From: Neodothiora populina
Lineage: Eukaryota
DNA: 64,000 bases
Direction: 5' to 3'
Assembly: GCF_041146345.1 (NCBI RefSeq)
Contig: NW_027191411.1
Span: 1,302,001 to 1,366,000, forward strand
Shown here piece by piece: positions 1 through 13,074 of this stretch (its first letter is position 1; every line of letters starts with the position of its first letter). The notes under the pieces were generated by a model. The model was not told where the DNA came from, searched no databases, and saw only the letters and a list, made by a program, of their open reading frames with translations. Position numbers and translations under genes: made by a program.

Positions 1-535
1 TGGAGACCAGAGTCATATGAGAATTGGACTCACAACAATGATGAGCCCATGGCCGGCTTGTTCTGTGTCCCTAAGCCACCGAAAAGGCCGCCTCCGGTCC
101 CTGTTTGCGCCTGCTGGTTTTGAGCTTGATTGTTCTGCTGGCCCATGCCCCCGAAGAGGGAACCAGACTGTTGCTGACCCTGGGCATGTGGCGCGCCGAA
201 TAAGGAGCCGCCTTGCTGTGGTTGAGATGAAGTCGCGGTCGACCCAAACAGGCCTCCTCCACTCAACTGTGCTGTCGGAGCAGAGCTGTTATTGTTATTG
301 TTACCGAAGAGACCACCGGATTGCTGGGGCTGCGAAGTTGATGCAGTGTTGCCGAAGAGAGAGCCCGTGGGTTGTTGCGCCGGTTGCGGTTGATTTGATT
401 GCGCATCGTTTCCACTTCGGATATCTGTCAGCCGAAGGGACGAGATTTGGTCATGGTTTGATGTCAAGTCACTCACAATAACGATGAGCCGGAGCCTGTG
501 TTGATGCTCAGCGAATTTGAGCGTCCGAAGGCCAT
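1..535 (-). CDS. FG/GLFG-repeat nucleoporin (Nup49/Nup57-like), 5' part only
   Basis: ATG at 535 (MAFGRSNSLSINTGSGSSLF). GT-AG intron 476-415. Exon 414-34 has repeated SLFG/GLFG motifs in Q/N/S/T-rich spacers. The next donor (GTGAGT at 33) runs off the window. Confidence 0.8.
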
Positions 536-1192
536 GTTTATAGCTTGTTATGTCAGATAGGCCGTGACGATGTCTTCCAGCTTCAGCACAAAAAGGATGG
601 TAGGCCGAGACGAGATATGTTTGCAATCGGATATTTCAGGACTATGTGACCGTGAAGTAAAAGTCTTGATGTGATGATTCAAGAGCTGTGGAAAAATGAT
701 GTCCTTCCTCCACGTGAAGTAGGGCGGTTTCTGATGTGAAAATGTTATATTTGACGATGTCCGAGGTTAAAAGGACAAAGTTCCCTGTTCTTCAATACTG
801 ATGGGAAAGGCAAGAGCAGAGTAGCTGTATATATTGTCAATGCTCGGACGCAAGGAATCGTAGATGCTGTCGATAGGTAAAGTGAGGTAAGGTACAAAGG
901 ACAATTGTTACAAGACCCTGGTGTGCTCAGCGCGTCAAGTTACAGCAGGTTGTTACACGAACTTAGCATGCGCGATCTGTGCCTAAACAATTGCATCTTG
1001 CAGTACTTTACTTCTAGAGCTCGGTCCACTTTGCGGAGAAAGGTGAACCTCCGATCCAGCATCACAGAGTACAGCACTAATTATTGTATACACTACTACT
1101 GTGCTGCAGGTGCTTTACTTGAGTACAAATTAACAGAAACTTCGACTACAACCTCGCAATCCAACAAATCATTTGTGTTGATCGCAAGCAAT

Positions 1193-2659
1193 ATGGATGA
1201 AGAAGATGATGATTTCTACGCGCCAAATGGCGATGGCCACGGAGAAGCAAATGTGAAGGCCGAAGACGCCAATGCCGACACGTCAATGCGCGATCAATAC
1301 TCGAATGCACGACACCCGCAAGAGAACGATGGGGACGAGGAAGAACGAGGGGATGATGAGGGCGATGATGACGACGACGACGACGAAGAAGACGACGATG
1401 ATAGCGTAGGCAATTCTAGGCAATCGAGATGGCAACATGTGTAGATACTGAGATATCAATGCAAAGGACATCGACATTATTACTGAGCGTCAAGATGGTG
1501 CTGCACCTGAGCCCCCGTCGTATGCCACATCCAATCAACCTTCTATCGCTCTTCGTCCCTCTTACTGATCATCCCGTTTAGACAAGCGCGTGCCTTCCGT
1601 GCGCCGAAGCCAGACCTTCCTCGAACCGCGTCAGTCGACACCTCCGCCCCTGCGACCAAATCTCACCAGCCCACCACTACGTCCAAAGCAGATCCTTCTC
1701 CCGCTCCCCAGAGCAACAGAGTCGCTGTTTCTCTCAAGGACGGCTCTACATACCCAGCCATCCACTCTTCTAACATCCAGATCGACTCCAATCCCATCTG
1801 GACGCCTGCCGGCAAGCTGATCACTGAAGTTGATATTGATGCCGGTGTGTGACTGTTTGCAAACTCTACTAAGATGCCATTTCTGACGTCTTCCAGATCT
1901 TGCTGGGCATACGAAACCATGGCGACTTCCCGGTACCGATCAGACAGGTGAGTCTATGCTGCTTCAGCGTCATTCTCCTTCGCGCCGCTCACACTAAAGC
2001 CAGATTACTTCAATTATGGCTTCGATGAATTTACTTGGACACAGTACTGTCTTCGCCAGCAGAACATGACTTCGGCAATCAACGCCCAAAAACAAGAGAC
2101 CAAGCAGTTTGAGATGATGCTCGCTAACCAACCCGGAGCCGCGGCGGCTGCACCTCAAGGCCAACCTGCCATGCCCATGGGTATGCCAGGCATGCCCGAT
2201 ATGCCTCCTGATATGATGAATGCCATGTTTGCGTCCATGTCTGCTCAAGGTGTCAATGACCCTAGCCAACTTGACTTTGCAAGCTTTATGCACCAGATGC
2301 AGTCTATGGGTGGGATGCCAGGCATGCCTGGGATGCCGAACATGCCTGGCCAGTCTGGTCCAACTGCTTCCGGTGGTCAAGGCGCGTTCGGAGGACAAGT
2401 CATGCAACAACAAAACTCGAACCAAGGCTATCCTTCGCAACAGCATGTCCAGTCTACCTATTCACACCAACAGCAGGGTAACCAATCTTACTCTGGAGGC
2501 ACGCCACAACCGCAAGGTCAAGGCCAACAGGGTGGTGGCAATGGTTTTGAGGGCTACAGCGCTCAGCAGCTCGCCATGATGCCTGGTCAAGGTGCTGGTG
2601 GCCCTCCTCAAGGTCCTTCTGGCGGCGGCCGGGGGCGGGCTCGCGGGCGAAGGTGGTGA
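1193..2659 (+). CDS. FIP1: Pre-mRNA 3'-end processing factor Fip1
   Basis: Acidic N-terminus (MDEEDDDFY). The Fip1 motif [27 protein letters not shown] assembles across about 4 short introns. C-terminus is Q/G/M-rich and ends GRGRARGRRW. Confidence 0.92.
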
Positions 2660-3478
2660 TGGGATGTGGCTTCCTTTTCCCGCGCTCTGACTGTAGTCAG
2701 TTGCATGGTACGGCGTTTTGTGAATTGAAATACCCTGCAGGGACGATGGCGTTCCCTGAATCTGATCTAGCGGTCCGTTATGAAGCATAAGGTGCCTTAT
2801 GCCGAGACATCATCGTCAGTGTGATACTCTCCGAATACATATGATGCTTCAACCATCCGGAAACCCCCTTGAAAACAAGCAGTCTGCTAAACACTCATGA
2901 TTTCATGTTGACCACGGCATCCGGAAAAGATTTCAAAGCTATCGATGACGATAGATACTTGTGGTAAAGACCGTATCTTTAGGCATACTCACGAACGTCC
3001 ATAACAATTACGAATAAATACATTGCTGGATTTGTTGCAAGTAAAGTTTCTGCGCTCTACTTTATCCTAGAGTCATCAAAAACTATTGCTATGCTTTGAC
3101 ATCTCAAGTACGATCTTACAACAGTGTATCACACGGTAGCAAACATCTTCGAAAACCAAATCTGGACCATTCGTCCATTCCAAAAGTGGTAATAAGTTCG
3201 TTAAGGGTTCAGATTGAAGTAGATCTGGCGGCTAACCCAGGTTTGCAAGCAAGCGACTTGAAGAGCAGGAAGGCACGTCGGTTCAGGAGACTTCAACGAC
3301 ATCGGCGGAAGAACGAGTCCTGGACAATTCTTTATCAAATACACTTCACTCATACCTTACCCTTCGAACATCGCACTTAGGATATTCCCCACCTTTATTC
3401 ACTATTTCCATATCGCATGTCTATCTACGTATCAAAGATTCCCCAACGTCACGTCTAATCATCAAGCTCACTTGTGGA

Positions 3479-6363
3479 ATGGATTTCGACGCCCCCGAGT
3501 ACGACTACGGTTCTGAATCAGATGGCTTGCAATCTGCATGCAGCAACGATTTGGACGAGCAAAGTGGAACATTAGCTCTCTTGGAATATGCGCGGTTCCA
3601 TCACTTATCCGAAGACTATACAACTGTGAACCCTCTTGTGGCAGATGTCTTGTGCCTGTCTGCACCCGATCCCCTTTACTCTGCCGAATTTGAAGATGAT
3701 CACTGCTACACACCCGACATTACCTCTGACGAGAAACTATCGTTAGATAAAGGCGGGACGATGTTCTTGAAGTGTGCCTTGGGCGCTGCAACGGGCGACA
3801 GTGAGCTATGTACAGAGCCTGTGCGAAGAAGCAAGATGTACTACACTGAAGAACCGCTACTATCGAGCGACGCACGTCTGGACTACAAAATATTCACCCA
3901 CACTCCCCACATCATTCTGGCAGTTGACTCTGCTACTCTATACAAATCCTCGGAACTTAACGACGTTACTAAATTGCTAGTCTGGCTAGAACCAGCTGAA
4001 ATCGAGTCAAATATGGAGAACGCACTTGCAGAAAAAGTGCAATTGACCCCTGATGATATCTCTTTTCTGCAGAAAGCATTTAACGCGCGGTATCCAGCTT
4101 ACCATTACGATCCCTCGTCTACCCAGAGGCGTGTCAAATTATGGGCAAGCTACATTCATGCCCTTCATTACCGCCCCAAATTAATCTGACTTACCAGAAT
4201 GACAATCCACAATATGGAACACCACCTTTACTGGCTCGGTCCTTGTCTTTTTCGCCTACTCCTTTGGCCCTGCCTATAGGACAACTACCACTCGTGTCCA
4301 GCCCCAAGGATCCAGATGATCACATACTGAAAGACATTGACCAGCAATTGAAGGAAGAAACTTTCGAAACTCCATCTGATCTCACGAGCTATCACTTATT
4401 AGATACAATTGGCTTGGCCCAAGACCAACAGGCAGACATGGCAGCCGCGGATGCCGTCCGACATCATGTTGCTCCAACAAAACGACGCCTTGCAGCGGCA
4501 TTGAAGGAGGAACTTCCATTAACGCCTGCTCAATCACAATACTCACCCAAGAAGAAGCTGAAGACTGTGGCATTCAGTGAGGCTTTGACCACCGATGTTT
4601 TGCTCCATGGTCGGGCTTTCTCACCCGATGCTTACGAAGATCCTGCTGGTGATGATGATGATGATGCTGCTGGCAGTTTAGAACACATTATAGGACTGGC
4701 AGCTGAGGTGGCAATACGGGAGGCTGAGCACGAACAATTGTCGGAAGCTGACTCTACTATGCGTGTAGAAGTACCGCCCATTGACCATTCGTTGCCTGAT
4801 GTGCCGTGGTCGGTTGATCACACTGCATTCGCCGGTCGTAGACTCTTTCCCAATCGGGATACGAGCAATGAAATGATGTCAATGTTGCTGCGCTGTCTTG
4901 ATGACAACAAAGCATGCTTTCCAAGATCGCAACTCGATCGTACTGTCAGAGTTTGGGAACCTTTCCCACTACATCTGGGGAATGTCAGCACGAATGAGAT
5001 ACTCGATGATGGTTCTCTTGAACGTTATTTGACGAAGCTAGAATTTGCAAGTACTAAAGCATCGATCTGGAAGCCAGAGGGCCTACGGATACTGGACGAG
5101 CCAGATCGTGAAGACGACGGAATCGAGCCTCTGCACGTCGGATTGTTTCAAGACACAGAGGTCATCGTGGACGATTTGCAAACCCGCTTGAGGCGACATC
5201 GATCTATTGCCAGGCCCAAAGCACATGGAGCTGCAAATATGAGCCATGCGACCGATCCTCCGATCACCGAGCAAGAGTATATAAAGCAGATAGCTGGTCA
5301 CGAGGTCGTGCCTTCCTCCCACGGAGAAAGAAGGTCTTCCACACTGAACGGTGCTTTCTCAGCTTATGCATCACTCGGACGCTTCATGCAGACACAGTCC
5401 AGTGTACCCTTAAGCGAGGATTTCAACAAAGGAGAAAATCAGAACAGTCTACCACAAGACAATCCTGAGGCTCAAAGTCAGCCACTTGCCCATGATTGTA
5501 CTAGAACGTCTTGCAGACCGCTTGTCTCAGCCCCAACTCCTGCTATAGCTGTCAGAGCAGCATCCTCGCTTCCAGCAGCGCAGTTCATATTGTCGTCTTC
5601 CTTACTAAGCTGTCGAGGTCTGCTGCGAAAAGTTGAGAGCCGATATCCAGCAGCACAATTCATCGACCGTGATTTCGATATGCGTAAACCCGTATATGAG
5701 ACTACTCATCCGTCGAGCGTAGATGAGGGAGATCTGATACTCTCACCGAGCACTGGTCTGATGTTCACTACCTTGCAACACATCAAGCAGAAACCGCTGC
5801 CCGGTCAAACAACTCATAATGGAGTTCTTGAGCGCATTGCAGAGCTGGCAGATCGGTATGAGCGACTTTTCGTACTTGTGAGCAATGGTCAGTCATCTAA
5901 CTGCACAGGAGATCAGCAATCTCATTGCCTAGATGAGCGAGACTGTCTAGGCCTGGCATCTCTCTATAGTAGCGTTGCTAGGCTCAATGCAGACGTGAGA
6001 ATCCTTTTTGTACCGGATGGCGAAGATGCCTTGGCAGATTGGACTGTGAATTGTATGGCAAAGTACAGTGCTCATGAACAAGCCAATCTCCTTGTTCAAG
6101 AAGAGACACTCTGGGAAGTGATTTTGAGGAAAGCAGGTCTCAATACCTTTGCTGGACAATCCATACTCTCAAAGTTAAAGGGCACAGACTGCTATGTGAA
6201 AGCATTACCGACGAAGCTTACTAAACAGTCGTTTGGCATGACTGCTCTCGTCTTGATGGACACGGACGAACGGAGGACATATCTGAGCAGCTCCATGGAT
6301 GGGGAGAAGCTTTTGAAACATGTGAGCAGAGCTATAGATGGTATATGGCGATCACCGATATAG
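3479..6363 (+). CDS. Protein with a C-terminal XPF/ERCC4-like domain; probable Zip2/SHOC1-type meiotic crossover factor
   Basis: Two long ORFs joined by one phase-0 intron (acceptor CAG at 4197). C-terminal motifs: FIDRDF, DLILSPSTG, RYERLFVLV, ETLWEVILRKAGLNTFAGQSIL. The family assignment is inference. Confidence 0.6.
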
Positions 6364-7153
6364 GCTCGAGATGTCAGGCTGGGGGACCCTGTCCATTTCA
6401 CGATTTCTGAGTCACATCACACCAGCTATCGAAGACTCAGCAAGGCGATCTGTCGAATAGTCTAGAACCTCGAGCACGCTCAGACTCGTTTTGATGTATT
6501 GCGATCACGGCCTTTGCTGCAGTGCTAGGTGAATGCTTTGTAAGAGTGTTGACGTCCTGTTCCGGAAATTGCTCGGCAATAAGACATGAGACGACTCTTC
6601 AAGGTCACGATTGGTAAAGGTATCCGACCAAGTTTGCGCGCAATTCTGCGCCAAGTTATTCAGTCTAGAGATGCTGCATAGACGAACAGGAGACTTCTTG
6701 ACTCTATTGGAACATCTTACGTACACTATTTGTGCGCTTGATAATCAAGTCCACGAGTGCTCAGCACAGAAGCCATAAGAAAGACAATCAACGAAGGGCC
6801 AAGCTCCGATGTTCAAGCTGTCTTACCCAACCAGAACGAATAGCACAGTCGAGAAGTATAGTATCTGTGTACCTTGGCTTCAGCATCACATAGCGGTAAC
6901 CCCACCATACTTTTGTCGTCATTGCTTCGTGTAAATGATGAGGTGTGTGTAAAGTGAGGCGGCCGAACGATCGATCTTCACAACACAACTTAAATATAAG
7001 TCCAGCACGCACCCTGAGTAGTAGCACAGTTAGCTTCTGATCATAGAAGAATTAGAACAAACACTTTACTCCCAACTCTCCCCATATTTCCCCAGTGAGA
7101 AAAGGCACTACCTAGGTTATACACATTCAGCTTCCACGTACCGACGCAGCACA

Positions 7154-8484
7154 ATGGCACCTCAGACACAGAAGCAGTGGAAAGTACAGGGTACTGGCTC
7201 CTTTGACAATCTCAAGTTTAACGAGTCTGCTTCGGTGCCTCGGATTGGAGACAACGATGTGCTCGTAAAGTGTAGGTCGAAGACTAGCCCGATCATTCAT
7301 CGTTAAATAGAGGTCTAACATATCTGTCGATAGTCCAGGGAGCGTCCCTCAACTACCGTGATCTTGTCATTGCCAAGGTATCCTCTATTATAAGTAAGAC
7401 AGCTTTATATATGAGATACTGACAACAAATAGGGCGCCTACCCATTCGCCCAGAGAGACGGTGTCGTTCCTGGATCTGACGGTATGTGATGGCTGCTCCA
7501 ATGTTTTGCGACTGGATTAGCATGAGCATTGAGCTGATTATTTCATAGGAGCTGGCATCGTCGAGTCTGTCGGCCCCAAGGTGCACCGTTTCAAGCCTGG
7601 AGACAAGGTCATAACGCTGTTCAACCAGGTAGGAATGCATGAATGAGACCAAACGATTGCCCGTACTGACTACCATTCCAGGGACATCTCTTTGGCTCTG
7701 TGGACTCGTACTCGGTCACAACCGGTACTGGTGGTGTCATTGACGGCACCCTCCAGCAATATGGATGCTACAACGAAGAGGGACTTGTGCCCTTGCCTTC
7801 GCACCTGAACTTCTTCGAGGGAGCCACTCTGACCTGCGCTGGCTTGACCGCTTGGAATGCTCTTTTCGGGGCTAAGCGTCTTATGCCCGGACAGTGGGTT
7901 CTGACACAGGGCACTGGAGGTGTCTCGATCTTCGCGTTGCAGGTTCGTCCACCTGCTTCATTATCTTCACGGGGAGCGGATGCTGACATGATTTTTAGTT
8001 TGCCAAAATCTCTGGAGCAAAGGTCATTTCCACCACTTCTTCCTCAGAAAAGGCCGATATCCTCAAGTCGCTCGGTGCTGATCACATCATCAACTACAAG
8101 GAAGACGCGAACTGGGGCGAGACGGCAAAGAAAATCACCAACGGAGTCGGTGTTCATCATGTGATTGAAGTCGGTGGACCGAACACAATGAAGCAATCGC
8201 TAAAGGCAATTGCTCTCGACGGCACGATCTCCATCATCGGTTTCCTGGGAGGCGTCAAGGGCGAGGAGCAACCATCCTTCCTCGAGGCGCTTTCCAACAT
8301 CTGCACTGTCCGCGGTGTTTACGTGGGCAGCAGAGAGCAGTTCCAGGAGATGAACGTTGCCATCGAGGCGAACAACCTCAAGCCTGTCGTCGACAAGAAG
8401 ATCTTCACACTCGACGAGGCAAAGGAGGCATACCAATACATGTGGGATCAGAAGCATTTCGGAAAGCTCTGTATCAGCTTCTAA
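7154..8484 (+). CDS. Zinc-type alcohol dehydrogenase-like oxidoreductase (MDR superfamily, quinone-reductase-like)
   Basis: Multi-exon. Motifs: SLNYRDL, PGSDGAG, TLTCAGLTAWNALFG, QGTGGVS, EVGG, HFGKLCI. Confidence 0.9.
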
Positions 8485-8912
8485 GCAGATGTGATGCTGC
8501 TGATACGGTCCAACGATGTACACCAAAAGGTGATAATTTTTAGTTCAGGTAGTAAAATATGATAACGCCCCGACTATATTCCTTGCCACTGCCTATTCCA
8601 GAGTAAGAACCAATGTATATGAAATATCAGATAGACGGAGAACAGAGCCACGCAGCCGTCAGATATTACATATTGCTCTGCATCTACCAGGTTACAACGA
8701 TGAAATGGACTCATTGATTGCGACGGGATAATTAGCTCTCGAATAGTAATAGACCTGCGGCGAGCGGACATCCGGAGATTCCCCGGCAGATTGACTCCGG
8801 ACTGTCTCGACCTTGTCTCTAGTGATTAACGCATCCATCAACTTTATATACCATCAACTACTTCTCACTCGCACAACGACAGCGACCGAGTGTCGCAAGC
8901 GTCTCCGCGGAA

Positions 8913-11900
8913 ATGGAGGACCTACAGGCGCTGGAGCTACTCTCGCTTGTGTCCAAGGTGGCGTCGGAGATACAGAACCACATGGGAATATCAGACAAGA
9001 CCATCGCCGAGTTCGTCATCGCGCAACATGAGCAGTCCAAGAACCTCCAGGAGTTCAAGGGCAAGCTGGCCGATTTCGACTTTCCGCCTTCTCTCGCCGA
9101 GAGCATCGACAGACTGGTTCTTACTATGCATCCCAAGTATCTAGGCCAGCAAGCTAGCAAAGCGCACGAGGAGGCGGCAGAGGATCGGGAGGAGAAGACG
9201 GACAGGAAGACGAGAGTGTTCAAGGGTTTAGCTATACCGGACAAGGAGCCATCGTGGGACGATGCGACACAGGAAGAGGACTCGAAAGCGGATGACCTGG
9301 ACGACACATTCGCCCTTCTGGAAGGCCTGGCGGGGAAACCCAATAAGCCGACGAATGGATCGCGCAAGCGAAGCATCAGCCCTCTGGAAGCAGATGGCTT
9401 TGACGCTGGCAGAAGCAAGAAGTCACGACGTAGGTCGCGATCACCGGAGCAACGACACGACGACTACGTATTCGAAGATGAATTTGGCCGCACGAGAACC
9501 TGGCGCGCTCGCGATGAGGAAGACCGTAAGAGTAGGCGCAGACACAGAAGCCGGAGTCAAGAACGCCTCAGACGGCGACCTACGCCGGATCTCGACGACA
9601 CACCTGTTCAATACAAAATCTACGATGGCAGAGTCACCGGTGTCAAGGACTTTGGCGTATTTGTCAATTTGCGTGGTGTGGCAGGCAAAGTTGATGGTCT
9701 AGTACACGTCTCTGCCATGGCTGACCACAAGGTCAACCATCCCTCGGATCTTGTTGCACGGAACCAAGAAGTCAAAGTCAAGGTCATGAAGATTCAAGAC
9801 AAGCGCATCAGTCTATCTATGGCAGAGGTGGACCAAGTCACTGGGCAGGATCTCGCCCCCCATAAGCGAATAGGAGCTGCGTCAGGCGCAAACGCTCTTG
9901 GTCTTGATGGAGGTGGTGCAGAAGATGGAAGATACGGGGGTCTGGCTTCGAGCGTCCCCGTCATCGAAGGCAACACGAGCAACCAAGGTCGACAGCGCAA
10001 ACGCCTGACCTCACCCGAACGCTGGGAAATCCAACAGTTGATAGCATCAGGCGCGATCTCGGCGTCAGACTTCCCAGACATCAACGAGGACTACAATGCT
10101 GCATTGAGGGGCGAAGAAATCGAAGAGGAGGAGGATATTGATATTGAGGTCAAGGAAGATGAGCCGCCCTTCTTGGCAGGCCAGACCAAACAATCTCTTG
10201 AACTTTCACCTATTCGTGTCGTCAAAGCTCCGGACGGCTCCATGAACCGAGCAGCCATGGCGGGAGACACTCTTGCAAAGGAGCGGCGTGATCTGCGTCA
10301 GCAGGAAGCACAAGACAAAGCAGCCAAGCAAGCATCCGGTGTTGACTTACAGGCCCAGTGGAACGATCCGATGGTGGCGCCTGAACAGCGTCAATTCGCC
10401 AGCGACCTGCGTCAAGCGCAGCAGAACAAGGGCGGCGAGGTCCCGGAGTGGAAGAGGATCGCTGAGCGCAAGGGCCAGTCCTTTGGAAAGCGCACCAATA
10501 TGTCGATCAAGGAGCAGAGAGAATCGTTGCCTGCTTTTCAATTCCGCAAGCAGTTTCTCGAGGCAGTCAGCGCTTACCAGCTGTTGATCGTTGTCGGTGA
10601 CACAGGATCTGGCAAAACAACGCAATTGACACAGTATCTTGCGGAAGACGGTTACGCCAACTCAGGCATGATTGGATGCACGCAGCCTCGCCGTGTTGCG
10701 GCCATGTCGGTCGCCCAGCGTGTGTCGGAAGAAGTTGGGTGCCGACTGGGTGAAGAAGTCGGCTACACGATCCGTTTCGAGGACAAGTCCAGCCCCAGAA
10801 CAAAGATAAAGTACATGACAGACGGCATTATGCAGAGAGAAATCCTGCTCGACCCTGAGCTCGGCAAGTATTCGGTCATCATGTTGGACGAGGCTCACGA
10901 ACGTACGATTGCGACCGATGTTTTGTTTGGTTTACTGAAAAAGACACTCAAGAAGCGGCCGGACATGAAATTGATCGTTACCTCGGCCACCCTGGATGCG
11001 GCCAAGTTCTCCGAGTACTTCAACTCTTGTCCCATCCTTACTATTCCAGGTCGCGCATTCCCTGTGGAGATCATGTATTCTCGGGAGCCCGAGAGTGACT
11101 ATCTTGACGCGGCGCTCACTACCGTTATGCAAATCCATCTCACGGAACCTCCTGGAGACATCCTACTGTTCCTGACAGGTAAGGAGGAGATTGACACGAG
11201 CTGCGAGATCCTATACGAGCGCATGAAGGCGTTAGGTCCTAGTGTCCCCGAACTGGTCATCTTGCCTATCTACGGTGCACTCCCGAGCGAGATCGCGAGC
11301 CGGATTTTCGAGCCATCGGCACCGGGAAGTCGCAAAGTGGTCATCGCCACCAACATTGCAGAAACATCAATCACGATCGATGGTATCTATTTTGTCATTG
11401 ATCCAGGTTTTGTGAAACAGACAGCCTATGATCCCAAGTTGGGCATGGACAGGTTGCAAGTCACGCCCATCTCTCAAGCTCAGGCGCGCCAACGCTCTGG
11501 TCGCGCCGGACGCACAGGACCCGGTAAATGCTTTCGCCTATACACCGAGAGTGCATATCAATCGGAGATGTTGCCTACGACGATACCGGAGATCCAAAGA
11601 CAAAACTTGTCGAATACAATTCTGATGCTCAAGGCCATGGGCATCAACGACTTGTTGCACTTTGACTTTATGGATCCGCCACCAACAAACACCATGTTGA
11701 CAGCGCTCGAGGAGCTATATGCTCTGTCAGCGCTCGACGACGAAGGTTTGCTTACACGTCTCGGACGACGTATGGCAGACTTCCCAATGGAGCCGGCGCT
11801 GGCCAAGTCGTTGATTGTGTCGGTGGATCTGGGATGCTCTGACGAGATGCTTTCTATTGTAGCCATGATCTCGGCTGTGCAGACGGTCTTCCATCGACCA

Positions 11901-12527
11901 AAGGACAAGCAACAGCAAGCGGACCAGAAGAAGAGCAAGTTCCACGACCCGGCCGGAGACCATCTGACGATGCTGAACGTGTATAACGGATGGAAGCTCG
12001 GACGGATGAGTGATGCGTGGTGCTTTGAGAACTTCATCCAACCGCGCAGCATGAAGCGGGCGGAAGATGTGCGGAAGCAGCTGGTTCAGATCCTGGACCG
12101 CCACCGTCTGCGGGTGATCAGTTGCGGACGAGACACGATCCGCGTGAGACAGGCGCTCTGCAGTGGATTCTTTAGGAACTCTGCTCGCAAGGATGCACAG
12201 GAAGGATACAAGACATTGGTCGAGGGCACACCGGTGTACATGCACCCGTCGTCAGCACTGTTCGGCAAGGCAGCAGAGCACGTCATCTACCATAGTCTGG
12301 TGGAGACGACAAAGGAGTACATGCACAACGTCACGGCGATTGAGCCCAAATGGTTGGTCGAGGCGGCGCCTACGTTCTTCAAGGTCGCCGGCAAGGAAGG
12401 AGGTCTCAGCAAGAGGAAGAAGGCGGAGAGGATCCAGCCGCTGCACAACAGGTTCCAGGGCGAGGACGATTGGAGACTGAGCTCGCAGAGACGACAGGGC
12501 AGAGGCAATGCAGGAACGTGGGGATGA
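8913..12527 (+). CDS. PRP22: Pre-mRNA splicing DEAH-box RNA helicase Prp22/DHX8
   Basis: Intronless 1204-aa ORF with an RS-like region, an S1 domain, GDTGSGKTTQ, DEAH, SAT and QRSGRAGR motifs, and SSPERWE-like and DWRLS C-terminal signatures. Confidence 0.97.
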   Translation: MEDLQALELLSLVSKVASEIQNHMGISDKTIAEFVIAQHEQSKNLQEFKGKLADFDFPPSLAESIDRLVLTMHPKYLGQQASKAHEEAAEDREEKTDRKTRVFKGLAIPDKEPSWDDATQEEDSKADDLDDTFALLEGLAGKPNKPTNGSRKRSISPLEADGFDAGRSKKSRRRSRSPEQRHDDYVFEDEFGRTRTWRARDEEDRKSRRRHRSRSQERLRRRPTPDLDDTPVQYKIYDGRVTGVKDFGVFVNLRGVAGKVDGLVHVSAMADHKVNHPSDLVARNQEVKVKVMKIQDKRISLSMAEVDQVTGQDLAPHKRIGAASGANALGLDGGGAEDGRYGGLASSVPVIEGNTSNQGRQRKRLTSPERWEIQQLIASGAISASDFPDINEDYNAALRGEEIEEEEDIDIEVKEDEPPFLAGQTKQSLELSPIRVVKAPDGSMNRAAMAGDTLAKERRDLRQQEAQDKAAKQASGVDLQAQWNDPMVAPEQRQFASDLRQAQQNKGGEVPEWKRIAERKGQSFGKRTNMSIKEQRESLPAFQFRKQFLEAVSAYQLLIVVGDTGSGKTTQLTQYLAEDGYANSGMIGCTQPRRVAAMSVAQRVSEEVGCRLGEEVGYTIRFEDKSSPRTKIKYMTDGIMQREILLDPELGKYSVIMLDEAHERTIATDVLFGLLKKTLKKRPDMKLIVTSATLDAAKFSEYFNSCPILTIPGRAFPVEIMYSREPESDYLDAALTTVMQIHLTEPPGDILLFLTGKEEIDTSCEILYERMKALGPSVPELVILPIYGALPSEIASRIFEPSAPGSRKVVIATNIAETSITIDGIYFVIDPGFVKQTAYDPKLGMDRLQVTPISQAQARQRSGRAGRTGPGKCFRLYTESAYQSEMLPTTIPEIQRQNLSNTILMLKAMGINDLLHFDFMDPPPTNTMLTALEELYALSALDDEGLLTRLGRRMADFPMEPALAKSLIVSVDLGCSDEMLSIVAMISAVQTVFHRPKDKQQQADQKKSKFHDPAGDHLTMLNVYNGWKLGRMSDAWCFENFIQPRSMKRAEDVRKQLVQILDRHRLRVISCGRDTIRVRQALCSGFFRNSARKDAQEGYKTLVEGTPVYMHPSSALFGKAAEHVIYHSLVETTKEYMHNVTAIEPKWLVEAAPTFFKVAGKEGGLSKRKKAERIQPLHNRFQGEDDWRLSSQRRQGRGNAGTWG

Positions 12528-12613
12528 CGTGTAGTTTATGTAGCAAAAGTATGCACATTACATGTATGTCGACTATTCTTGCCACTCTGTCTGTATGGAC
12601 TCTGGTGATTTAT

Positions 12614-12647
12614 GTATATAGCAGACTAAGGTATATAGCAGACTAAG
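12614..12647 (+). repeat. 17-bp perfect tandem duplication (GTATATAGCAGACTAAG x2) downstream of PRP22
   Basis: Directly visible in the sequence. Confidence 0.9.
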
Positions 12648-13074
12648 ATGGAGGGGCACATGTCATCGGCTTTCTCCGTGCCATGCATGGTGGGGGGGGG
12701 GGAGGGTGGGCTGTTTCTGTTCTGTCCTCAGTTCTGACTCAAGATCTTGTGCTGCCCGAGAAATTTCCAAGAGATGATTACTACTTACTGTACACCGAAA
12801 TTCCATCATTGAATACTGTCCAGCAAACAATCATCAAAACGCCAAGCTGAAGTGTCTATTGCCCTTCAGATTGCTCAATAGAGCATCCAGGTCAATCGCA
12901 TCCGAGTCATTGATCTTGCAAGCAAGCAGAACTCTCTTGCGACCCACGACTCCGTGTACACCTTTCCTCGAACCATTGAGGCACACGACCAGCGACTCCT
13001 TCGGTGCCCCGTCTTCCTCTATCAAGCCATTCAGATCACTGTCGACGACAGCATTCACGTCTCAAATTCGCACC

